In this document: piece by piece, positions 1-9,454 of the stretch
Layout of the letters: each line of letters begins with the position of its first letter
Numbering within the stretch: position 1 is the first letter of the stretch
Assembly: GCA_030141605.1 (NCBI GenBank)
Contig: JAQGDQ010001532.1
Span: 1 to 10,139 of the forward strand
DNA: 10,139 bases
Source of the DNA: Tubiluchus corallicola
Taxonomy: Eukaryota > Animalia > Priapulida
Direction of reading: 5' to 3'
Position numbers and translations under genes: made by a program
The notes under the pieces: model-generated
The model's input: only the letters and a program-made list of their open reading frames with translations
Databases searched by the model: none
What the model was told of the DNA's origin: nothing

Positions 1-78
1 GAAATGATGATGATATCTTTATGACTGTTTTGTACCGATCTCAAAAAGGGCACTTTACGTCATTACCTAAATACTCAC

Positions 79-296
79 TTTTTATACGAATCGGTGTAAA
101 ACTTCATTTTCTTTAGCTTCAGATGAGTTCCCGCCGGCTTCGCGTGTAGAGTAAATAAACGTTTATTGAATGCGACTTTCTGCACGTCTATCCAAGGGTA
201 CTGTTGCATGGGAACTCGCTCGTCGCCCAGTTTTTCGCAGACCACGAGACCTCGCATGTGCACCCCCAACCAGATGAAGTCGGTCATTTTCTTATC
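79..296 (-). CDS. PTPN13: Internal coding exon (4th), FERM F3 (PH-like C-lobe)
   Basis: Acceptor tgtttttcactAG (AG at 298-297), donor |GTGAGT (78-73). 218 nt, phase 0 to 2. DKKMTDFIWLGVHMRGLVVCEKLGDERVPMQQYPWIDVQKVAFNKRLFTLHAKPAGTHLKLKKMKFYTDSYK. WLGV..RGL.V and YPW..V.K..F..K.F are FERM_C motifs. The stop in ORF 75..287 lies inside the donor site. Confidence 0.94.
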
Positions 297-325
297 CTAG
301 TGAAAAACAGATGAACTGATAGAGT

Positions 326-1067
326 AAAACAGCACAAACAGTTATGTAGCAGTGATACATAAAAGCAAAACCGGACTCAATACAGCACAAACAGTTATGT
401 AGCAGTAATACATAAAACCAAAACCGGACTCAATACAGCACAAACAGTTACGTAGCAGTGATGCATAAAAGCAAAACCGGACTCAATACAGCACAAACAG
501 TTACGTAGCAGTGATGCATAAAAGCAAAACCGGACTCAATACAGCACAAACAGTTACGTAGCAGTGATACATAAAAGCAAAACCGGACTCAATACAGCAC
601 AAACAGTTATGTAGCAGTAATACATAAAAGCAAAACCGGACTCAATACAGCACAAACAGTTATGTAGCAGTGATACATAAAAGCAAAACCGGACTCAATA
701 CAACACAAACAATTATGTAGCAGTGATACATAAAAGCAAAACCGGACTCAAAACAGCACAAACAGTTATGCAGCAGTGATACATAAAAGCAAAACCGGAC
801 TCAAAACAGAACAAACAATTATGTAGCAGTAATGCATAAAAGCAAAACCGGACTCAAAACAGCACAAACAGTTATGTAGCAGTAATGCATAAAAGCAAAA
901 CCGGACTCAATACAGCACAAACAGTTATGTAGCAGTAATGCATAAAAGCAAAACCGGACTCAATACAGCACAAACAGTTATGTAGCAGTAATGCATAAAA
1001 GCAAAACCGGACTCAATACAGCACAAACAGTTATGTAGCAGTAATGCATAAAAGCAAAACCGCACTC
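326..1067. repeat. Tandem minisatellite, 53-bp unit x14
   Basis: Unit AATACAGCACAAACAGTTATGTAGCAGTGATACATAAAAGCAAAACCGGACTC. CCGGACTC recurs every 53 nt (371, 424, 477 ... 1060). Few substitutions, no indels seen. Confidence 0.98.
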
Positions 1068-1710
1068 AATCTTAAACTGTAGGTCAAAACAAACTTCACT
1101 TTAAAATATTGAAGCAAAACATATTATTCCTTCAAAAATGAGTTACGTGAAAGAATTATTATCACACAAGCGTCACTAGTTCTTCACTGTTACATTCATT
1201 TCGCCATTTGCTAGTTAGACAGGCACTAGCACCTGCATTTCGGAAACGTACATTGCACAAAAAAACAGGTGCTGTAACTTTCAGTTTAGATGTGTTAGTT
1301 AGTGAGAAACTACACACGTTCGACAGCTCGTGGTCGAATAAAATACACGGATACGGTCTATTTCCATCATTCAAATGTCATGAGCAACACTCAACCATCA
1401 TACAATATGCGGATACGGTCTATTTCCATCATAAGCATGCTTGCACACCAAAACCATCCAAAACTTGGCATCGTTAAATCTAAGTTATGATGCTTTATAG
1501 TACAAGGTCAAATGTTAATTTCTTTTATAAAAACAAATGCTAAATATTGAACTCTTATATTCTAGCATCAAATCATTAGAAAAACACTGAAAAGCAATTT
1601 TTCAGTCAACTCAACGGTAGTGGTTTGAATATACAATAATTTACTTAACATTTATCAATACAATCAAAAGATAAGTTTACAATTCTCAAACCATAAAATA
1701 ATAAACTTAC

Positions 1711-1834
1711 GTTAAACAATTTGTGAAAGTGCACACCGTACTCGCTGAGCAATGTGGCTTCCCGGAGGTACATATCCTCCGACTGTTCCTCCATCATCCC
1801 TCTATTGTCCCGGTGCATTTTGGGAAGATGGTGC
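1711..1834 (-). CDS. PTPN13: Internal coding exon (3rd), FERM F2/F3 junction
   Basis: Acceptor tttctttgcAG (AG at 1836-1835), donor |GTAAGT (1710-1705). 124 nt, phase 2 to 0. HHLPKMHRDNRGMMEEQSEDMYLREATLLSEYGVHFHKLFN. LxEYGVHFH is the FERM YG motif as in PTPN13. Confidence 0.94.
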
Positions 1835-2575
1835 CTGCAAAGAAATAGTAGTAAAAGTTTGGTATTTGTTTACTACAAAAATGCTTACCTGACAACGGTA
1901 CAGCTGACATAGAATATGAGTCTCTTGCTTTAATGTTTTTCACAGAGTTTGATGTGCCAATTGCCCATGAGATGGCAGCACTCACCTAGCAGTTGCATTC
2001 TTGCAAACTGTCAGGATTGCAACACATTATTAAATATATGAATTGATATATAAACAATATAAACAATAGCTATATGTTAGCTATATAGCAACAACAATAA
2101 TAATAATAATAATTAACAGCAATTAACTCCTGTTGTTGATTAATAGCATTATCAACCCAAAGTGTTTTTATCATTTCATAACAATTTTGACCTGTATTTC
2201 TAGTTTAATCAATTTTTAGTTTCTAGTTTAAGCAATTTTTAGTTTAATCAAGATTGACCTTACTTTGTTGCCCGCTAATTAAACTATATGTATATTCTTT
2301 TTTCTGGATTATATAGAAAATGTCATAATTTTAAAAATTACTAATGTTTCCTAAATTAAACTGATAACATTAATGCCCACCAGTGTCTAAAAATCATTTT
2401 ATCTATATTTGGTAAAGGATAGCAGACTAGGTGACTTTATAGTCTTTTCGCTATCCTTTCTCTAGTTCTAGATCTATCTATACATTTTAACCATTCTACA
2501 AAACTTATTAGAGATTCTTTTATTAATCATGTTTTATTGTAGCATTATAAAGAGATAAATAAATTAAAATTGAAA

Positions 2576-2872
<297 letters not shown>

Positions 2873-2942
2873 AACATCTATGATAGTATACTTCCTAAAT
2901 TTTAGTGCTTTTTGTACGAAATCAAACAATCTGTGTTCTGTA

Positions 2943-3861
2943 CAGGTACACTCGTATCTCGGTTTACCGCACAAAAGCGGAAAGACATCGGTCCGAATTT
3001 ACCGATTGTCTGTATTTACCGACACTAGGCTAATAAAGTAGGCACTGCGTATCAGACTCATGGTAATGTAGAATCGATCGCCTGTCTCAAAAGCGTCTAG
3101 CGTCTACATCTAGTCCTATGCAACAAACTGTCGGCAATTGACTCAAATAATTCTGCATAACTGACTCTCTATTTTTATAAAGAGAGATATACACAGGGAT
3201 GAGAATGACAAATTGCAAAAAACTCTGAAACAGGTCGGGGGGCCACCTAGGCAAAACCCCCTTGGAGCCAGAAACAAATTGCAATTTTGTGCCTCTAAAT
3301 GGACTTAAAATATCAATTACCTTGTTTCATGCATAATTTAAAATGCTCAACTATCAAGGATACATGATACCTAATTGTCTCAAAAATGCCTAAGTACTGG
3401 CCGCTCCTATGCAAAAGTATACAAAAACTGTCTGCAATTGACTCAAATAACTCCACACAATTGATTCTATATTCTTATACATAGAGATATACACGTGGTT
3501 ACACTGATGTACGTGATGTAAACAAAGTGACGGCCTGCCATCTAGCGGTCAGCTTGTGAAATAATGTACTGGGTCCGTAAAAATTTTCTCAACGAATTTA
3601 CGCGATTTACAAAAATGGCACTACTGGTCTTCCAAAAACTCGGAATTCCGCGTATCCGCGGAAAATTCTCATCCCTGGATCTCCACGCGGGCACACTAAT
3701 GTAATGATGTAAACAAAGAAACAACGCGCCAAGTAGCGGTCAGCTCGCGAAATAACGGACTGTGTCTGTAATATGCGGGACATTCAAAGGTCCAGATTTT
3801 GTTCAATTCTTCTGATATCCGTAAAAGCCAGGTCTGGCAAACCGTGATATGAGTGCCCCTG
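2943..3861. mobile_element. Non-autonomous Tc1/mariner-pogo-type TIR element (MITE), interrupted by a nested hAT element
   Basis: TIRs CAGGTACACTCGTATCTCGGTTTACC (2943-2968) and revcomp of 3836-3861 CAGGGGCACTCATATCACGGTTTGCC, 21/26 identical. TA on both sides (2941-2942, 3862-3863). About 427 bp once the insert is removed; no transposase ORF. Confidence 0.78.
3194..3677. mobile_element. Non-autonomous hAT-type element (484 bp) nested in the 2943-3861 MITE
   Basis: Perfect 13-bp TIR CAGGGATGAGAAT (3194-3206 / 3665-3677), similar to the maize Ac terminus CAGGGATGAAA. 8-bp flanks GATATACA (3186-3193) and GATCTCCA (3678-3685), 6/8 identical, consistent with a decayed TSD. Subterminal TCCGCG repeats near the right end. 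Confidence 0.8.
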
Positions 3862-3997
3862 TAAAGATGAACTCTTTACTGATGGAAGCAATTACGTATG
3901 ATTCAAATAACATTTTAGTATGTGGACATGTGAACACACATTAAAATGTGCTGAAGTATGAACCGGCCTTATTAGTTAGTTATTAACTAATGATTAC

Positions 3998-4210
3998 CTA
4001 ATATATTTAGCAGTCAAAGCTTTTATAGTCGACTGCGGCAGGTAGTGATCCGGGTCGAAGTATCCGGGTAGGGAGAAAGCGTAGTCTCCGTATTCGGCTT
4101 GCAGTGCGGCAGCGGCCAGCGCAAGTTTAGGAGCGTCATCACTGCGTAGGCGGTCCTCGATGATGTCGTGACGTAGTTGAAGGTAAAACAGGTGCTTAGT
4201 CTGTTGATGT
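3998..4210 (-). CDS. PTPN13: Internal coding exon (2nd), FERM F2 (central) lobe
   Basis: Acceptor attttcAG-type (AG at 4212-4211), donor AG|GTAATC (3997-3992). 213 nt, phase 2 to 2, in frame with both neighbours. HQQTKHLFYLQLRHDIIEDRLRSDDAPKLALAAAALQAEYGDYAFSLPGYFDPDHYLPQSTIKALTAKYI(R). FYLQLR..I and LA..ALQAEYGDY are FERM central-domain signatures. This frame is not in the ORF track. Confidence 0.95.
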
Positions 4211-4293
4211 CTGAAAAATGAATGAAGAATTGTTTTACATTTATGAAAACAAACAAAAAAACAGGTGCTGTACCTCTCAGTTTAGCTCTGATG

Positions 4294-4783
4294 CAGGGTA
4301 GTGCAAATTATCTGACTAGCCGGGCCACATTAAACTTTCCCGCAATTCCTGCAGGCCACAGGCAGTTTGATCAAGGAGTCAAGTACAGAAAGGCCTAATA
4401 ACGATTTTTTTGCATCCGATCTGCGTACATCATTACTACTGCACTACTACACTCAAGAAACTATTTTAGAAGTTATTAAAATTTATATTACAAACCATAT
4501 ATTTCTACTTTCAGGACAGATAGTGGTAATTTTATTACAATGCATATTAGTAATGTGTATCACACAGTCTGTGTAGTACAGTGTTATTAAGCTACAACCG
4601 TCTTGTAAGGGTTAATGGCATCCGATCTAGTAGAAAAAACTACCCGCACTATCTTTGGGATCGTGGCACGGACTTCAGCTGGATACACTCAATTAATCGC
4701 CCGGGCCGCACTTTCATTAGGTTGACAAATCTCTTTGCGGGCCACACAAATTCTCTCAGCAGGCCGCAATTTGCACACCCCTG
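4294..4783. mobile_element. Non-autonomous hAT (Charlie-like) element, 490 bp
   Basis: TIRs CAGGGTAGTGCAAATT (4294-4309) and CAGGGGTGTGCAAATT (revcomp 4768-4783), 14/16. 8-bp TSD CTCTGATG (4286-4293) / CTCTGATT (4784-4791). Repeated subterminal GGCCRCA motifs at both ends, typical of Charlie-type hATs. Confidence 0.9.
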
Positions 4784-5737
4784 CTCTGATTTAACATACA
4801 CTTGTAGTGAAATTCCAGCACAGCAGCAAATTTGATTTTAAATTTCGTGTGCAGCAGGACTGTAGTCCAATTTTCGCTGTGTTACAAAATTAAGCTCATC
4901 ACTAGCTGCACTCGACGGCTGTTAACGAAGTTAACAAGCTAACATTTAATTATGAGTACAGAAACTATTTGGCTTTTTATATGCAGCAAAATGTACATTT
5001 TTATCGTACTTCAAAATGGGGGAGGATGCGAAAACTCAATCCGTTTTCGTTTAAAATGCAATGTCAAATCATTTAAAATGCAGCCAAGAGATGACAGCAC
5101 CATGCTCATTAAAACATTAAGCAGAAGACATTTTTAGATACAAGATAGTTTGTTGCACTAAACTTACCACTGATGACAGCAGCAGCTAGACGTTTGGCAT
5201 GATTTTAACTTTTAACTTTTTCATGTAATTTTTTTTTATTAAAGTTGTGTTGTTTTTAACTAAAAATGTATTAAAATTAATCAATTAAGAGCCCAAAACT
5301 ACCGATTAATTTAAAATATTCAAAATGTGCAACGGAGTCAGGCGACAAGTTTTGACATTTGCAACTGTTTTATCGTTTAACAAAGCAGAAAAATATACTT
5401 CATCGCATGGGTTCCAAACAGAGAAATGACTGTGAAATGAGGGTCTTTTCCAAATCTCAAAGCACAAACAACTTCATTGAAAGTGATAATGTTTCCGCAC
5501 TTAACGCACATCGCAGAACTGATATTTTAACACAGAAAGGCCTGTTTATGGTAAGAAGAGATACATAATTGTTACTCCGGGTTGAAATTAATATCATTCC
5601 ATAGTGAGGTGCTTTCAACTGCAATAGGATTTAGTCAAGTTACTTCCAGTGCTATCGTAATCAAAGCTCTTTTCACAGTTTCATTGGGAGCACGCGCAGT
5701 TGCTGTAGGTCAAAGATTAAGTGTACCATAGTATCAT

Positions 5738-6175
5738 GTTTTCGCTACAACCGTCGCACAACGTGTGTAAAGCAAAGTTGTCTGCCGCACCAGTTCACTA
5801 ACTTCAGTTGTTTTAGCTACAACCGTAACATAACGTGTGTAAAGCAAAGTTGTCTGCAGCACCAGTTCACTAACTTCGGTTGTTTTAGCTACAACCATAA
5901 CATAATGTGTGTAAAGCAAAGTTGTCTGCCGCACCAGTTCACTAACTTCAGTTGTTTTAGCTACAACCGTAACATAATGTGTGTAAAGCAATGTTGTCTG
6001 CCGCACCAGTTCACTAACTTCGGTTGTTTTAGCTACAACCATAACATAATGTGTGTAAAGCAATGTTGTCTGCCGCACCAGTTCACTAACTATAGTTGTT
6101 TTAGCTACAACCGTAACATAACGTGGGAAAAGCAAAGTTGTCTGCCCCAACAGTTCAGTAACTTCAGTTGTTTTA
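5738..6175. repeat. Tandem minisatellite, 72-bp unit x~6
   Basis: GCTACAACC recurs at 5744, 5816, 5888, 5960, 6032 and 6104. Unit GTTTTAGCTACAACCGTAACATAACGTGTGTAAAGCAAAGTTGTCTGCCGCACCAGTTCACTAACTTCAGTT. Confidence 0.97.
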
Positions 6176-6643
6176 CGTCGACTTGTCTGTGCATAGAGAG
6201 AGATTTACTAGTAGGATCTTGCTTGGGAACAAGAAAAAATGAACTAGGTAAGATACTAGCTAACTGTTAAAACTGTTACTATTACAATGGCATGGGCTGC
6301 AAGGCGTCGTCACGTGTACACAAATGCGTTGTCTGGTACACTTAATCTTTGACCTTTTCACTATCATCAATTGCTGGAACAATGAAAAGGATTATTTCCT
6401 CCACCCACATTTACTTAATTTAATCTTTAGCCAGCCGAAGAGAGTAAACCGCTTCAACACACAGAAATGGTTCATTTACTAGGAGCAATAATATTTACAT
6501 CTCGAATGTGACAAAATGAACTCTAATAAATAAGTGGAACCGACCAATTTGCAACACAATTGCGAGTTCTTTCATCTAGTGTAGTGGTATATACAACACA
6601 CTAATGCATCCCTATTTGGGCACAACAAACAAATGTCTCTAAT

Positions 6644-7072
6644 TGTTGTTGGCATCCTTCTGTCTCGGAAGACAATGGAGTGTGCGCCAAGAGAGTCAGT
6701 TATTGATCACATTGATGGAGCTGCAGCGTCGACTGTGGCTGAGCAGTGCGATCCTTGAACGTCTCCAGGGCGCACGCCTGGGCAAGGTGTGTGGAGATCC
6801 TGAGTTGCCCAGACAATAGGAACCACCTCTCTTCCTCCCTGGTGTAGTCCAAAGGAGCGATACATTTGGCACCAGGTTGGCTGCAGGAGCTGCCGGAGTC
6901 AGTGAGCATGCTGCACTAGTCCGCCTTCGGGGCTCCACTCCTGATTTGGAAGGTTTACTCCTCTACACATGGCCGTTGGGTCACTTGACCTCCTCCACCC
7001 TCTAGCCGTTGGCTGCTTGTGCAGCTCCTCTGCCTAGTGTCGAGATACAGTGTGGGCATCCCGTAATCTAAT
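6644..7072 (-). mobile_element. Short non-autonomous RTE-clade LINE derivative (429 bp)
   Basis: GC-rich island bounded by a perfect 12-bp direct repeat AATGTCTCTAAT (6632-6643, 7073-7084). The minus-strand 3' end encodes SRIALLSHSRRCS, like the RTE ORF C-terminal SRIGL.SH.R.C motif, then CCATTGTCTTCCGAGACAGAAGGATGCC and a short (CAA)n tail, as I recall for RTE/BovB-like 3' ends. Confidence 0.8.
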
Positions 7073-7228
7073 AATGTCTCTAATGTAGCAGTTATAATAA
7101 GATTTGTTCATCACGGAGGTACATACCTACCTAACACGACAATGCTGTAAGAACACATACTAATGTATTTAGATGCCGTACTTCTGAATTTTGACTTGAG
7201 AAAATTGCTGAAATTGTTTTAAGTTTAT

Positions 7229-7509
7229 AATCGTCGTCATCGTCATCATCATAATAATCTTTATTTAAAGTCAGCTTTTGGGTCAACAATTAACATTAGC
7301 TCAAAGAGCTATTATCACCGACTGTAAATAACAACCTACAACTACATAACAGAGACTATTATTACCCCACTTTTCTAACTACCATGCGACAGGCAGGGCA
7401 ACAGCAGGTACCATTTTTATAGTCTGTGGTATGACATGGCCGCTGGTTTGAACTCACGACCTTCCAGACCGAAAGCAGACGCATTACCACTAGACTAAAC
7501 CGTCTGGTC
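7229..7509 (-). mobile_element. tRNA-derived SINE with a Meta/MESC-like central domain
   Basis: Minus strand: A-box TAGTCTAGTGG (7497-7487), B-box GTTCAAACC (7453-7445) at tRNA-like spacing. Body GTCATACCACAGACTATAAAAATGGTACCTGCTGTTGCCCTGCC (~7435-7392). 3' end AATAAAGATTATTAT followed by (GAT/GAC)n. No clear TSD. Confidence 0.88.
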
Positions 7510-8060
7510 AAAAGTGCACATGAATACCTTACAACAGAAGAACATAAGTTCGACAGCAATAAGACAAGTAATGCAATAGTGCAAATGCATTTCTGATAAT
7601 TAAATAATAGATTAAAATCTTAATTAATGACGAGCGAGCCCAACCACTGATGACATCACAAATGTACATAATTTTCAACAGTATTTTCAAAAATATTCCA
7701 CGAGCGTGTTGCACGTGTCTGCGAAAGCGAAAATTGAAGTACGGTGCTACTGTAAGATAGTCAGTGTGTTGTACTAAAACTAGGCAAGTTTTAAGATGAA
7801 AATTCAAATTTTAAATTTACTGCTGCACTCATGCAAGAGCTGCCGGACGTGTGCGCTATGTCACAACTGAACACCTGTGAACTGAGACGCACATAACCCA
7901 TTTTTTGTGTAAATAATACATAACTACATATATAATAAGAACTAGTGGCGCGAACGCAAAATGACTTTTGTGATAACAATTCTTTCACGCAAGTCGTTCT
8001 TGAAAAAACAGTATGTTCTGCTTTCAATATTTCATAGCGTAAATTGTTTTGCGCTATAGT

Positions 8061-8560
8061 TAGGGTGCATAAGATTATGGATATGTATAAAATAAATAAA
8101 ATAGCTTATTTTATGGATTTTAGAAATTTTATTTTATGGATATCAATAAAATAAGAAATAGGCTATATCTAGAACGATGCCCAGGGGGAAATCAATTAAA
8201 AAGTAAAAACAGGAGTGCTTGAAACGTGTTTTTAAACACGCAGGACTTAGTTTCAGACCGAACTCCAGCTCATGCTTTGGTTGAAACTTCGCCATCTTTA
8301 TAACAAAAAGACAATGAGAAAAAACAATGTAAAATAGCAAATCCGGAAATGCGCTTTTGTTGGTTTGTTTTCTTTCTCTTTCTCTCCTTCTAACGTTCGT
8401 TTTCAGTGTTGCGAATGCTTACAACTCGTTACTTTGTACAAAAAATCACAAAAAAATATATTTTTTTATTTTATGCATTTCTTATTTTATGGATTTTTCA
8501 AATTTTATTTTATGAATTTTTGGTCTTACTTTATGGATATCCATAATCTTATGCAGCCTG
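8061..8560. mobile_element. Non-autonomous TIR element (MITE), 500 bp, superfamily uncertain (YAGG termini)
   Basis: TIRs TAGGGTGCATAAGATTATGGATATGTATAAAATAA (8061-8095) and revcomp of 8526-8560 CAGGCTGCATAAGATTATGGATATCCATAAAGTAA, 30/35. Repeated subterminal TTTATGGAT motifs. Flanks GCGCTATAGT / GGCCTATAGT (8/10). Confidence 0.88.
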
Positions 8561-8657
8561 GGCCTATAGTTAATGATTGGGCCTAGTTTTCTTGAGAAAA
8601 CGTCTCTGATCAAGAATTGCTATAAGGTACACGGTACCTGCATCTTAAACAACATAC

Positions 8658-8808
8658 CTTATGAGAGAGAAGTCGTCCACGTAAAATTTCACGCGAAAGT
8701 AGAGCGTAAACGTCGGAGTCGCCAGCTGCCGTTTGGACTGCGATTTCCAGCCAAGAGGAGCAATCTTTGAAAGTTTAATACCTTGTTCAACGAATATATG
8801 CTCCCCGT
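8658..8808 (-). CDS. PTPN13: Internal coding exon (1st in window) of a PTPN13/FRMPD2-like FERM-domain protein; end of FERM F1 lobe
   Basis: Acceptor ttcttgtcttctctttcAG (AG at 8810-8809), donor AG|GTATGT (8657-8652). 151 nt, phase 1 to 2. Translates (x)GEHIFVEQGIKLSKIAPLGWKSQSKRQLATPTFTLYFRVKFYVDDFSLI(R). LYFRVKFY is the classic FERM F1/F2 junction motif; the KLSKIAPxGWK stretch resembles PTPN13 as I recall it (KLTKVAPEGWK...FTLFFRIKFFMDDVSLI). Confidence 0.92.
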
Positions 8809-9075
8809 CTGAAAGAGAAGACAAGAATAGAGCATAAAGCTTATGAAAATATACAATAGATAGTGTGGAAATTGTAACTGTATATTTTTAGGTGCTGCCA
8901 TCTATTAACTAATCCTTTTACATTTTACTAGCTAAACTCACCCTTAGTATAATTGTACAATCCAGTGAATATCATATTCACTGGATCTCTCCCTATTTTA
9001 CAGTAATGGTATTTGTGAAGCCAAGTTTGCATAATTACCTATACCTATATATACTGACTGGATTTTACTTTCTAG

Positions 9076-9279
9076 TCACTGTCTCACTCTCAGTGCAGTG
9101 CAGCAGTCGTGCTACACACCTATCTAACTCACACTCTCAGTGCAGTGCAGCAGTCGTGCTACTCATGTGACTCACACTCTCAGTGCAGTGCAGCAGTCGT
9201 GATACTCATGTCACTTACTGTCTAACTCTCAGTGTTCAGTGCAGGACACTCTGGTTCTCAGTGTTCAGTGTAGCAGTCA
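9076..9279. repeat. Degenerate tandem repeat, ~42-50-bp units, ~5 copies
   Basis: Core ACTCTCAGTGCAGTGCAGCAGTCGTG at 9086, 9134 and 9176; diverged copies at ~9226 and ~9255. Confidence 0.9.
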
Positions 9280-9454
9280 TTTTACATATGTGTATGTAGT
9301 CTAATAAACACTTTTCAGTTTTGTGCAGATATGTAGTATAGTTGTTTATTCTTTTTCTACAAAGTGTTCAACTACAACCTCAAACATGACTTTCACAGAT
9401 GGCTCTTTTATCGCGAGAATGAGTCCCAGAATTTTGTGTACGTTTTCGAAAATA

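Noticed and set aside
326-1067. CRISPR-like or prokaryotic repeat array
   Set aside because: Units are contiguous with no unique spacers, there are no cas genes, and the context is a eukaryotic intron.
1348-1432. 23-bp direct duplication CGGATACGGTCTATTTCCATCAT (1348-1370, 1410-1432); a similar short duplication lies at ~2198-2250
   Set aside because: Ordinary local duplications with no further structure.
1970-1981. 12-mer AGATGGCAGCAC with an exact reverse complement at 8892-8903 (partial CTCF-like)
   Set aside because: Only part of the motif matches and similarity does not extend; too weak to call.
5162-5200. Donor-like GTAAGT on the minus strand (another at ~9817-9822)
   Set aside because: No matching acceptor or FERM-like frame; isolated 6-mers are expected by chance.
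5734-6270. 138-aa and 121-aa ORFs with 24-aa repeats on opposite strands
   Set aside because: They are a by-product of a stop-free 72-bp unit divisible by 3. No ATG start or usable splice sites tie them to the gene, and the FERM domain is continuous without them.
7437-7509. Functional tRNA gene
   Set aside because: No clean cloverleaf or poly-T terminator; the sequence continues into a SINE body and simple-repeat tail.
7530-8040. CpG-rich stretch that could be another decayed element
   Set aside because: I could not find convincing TIRs, a TSD or coding similarity.
9345-9450. Candidate upstream FERM exon (minus frame ...SVKVMFEVVVEHFVEKE*), loosely like PTPN13 KDVFDMVVAHI
   Set aside because: In-frame stop, no phase-1 donor, and it lacks the expected LFGL-type motif; the real upstream exon is probably outside the window.
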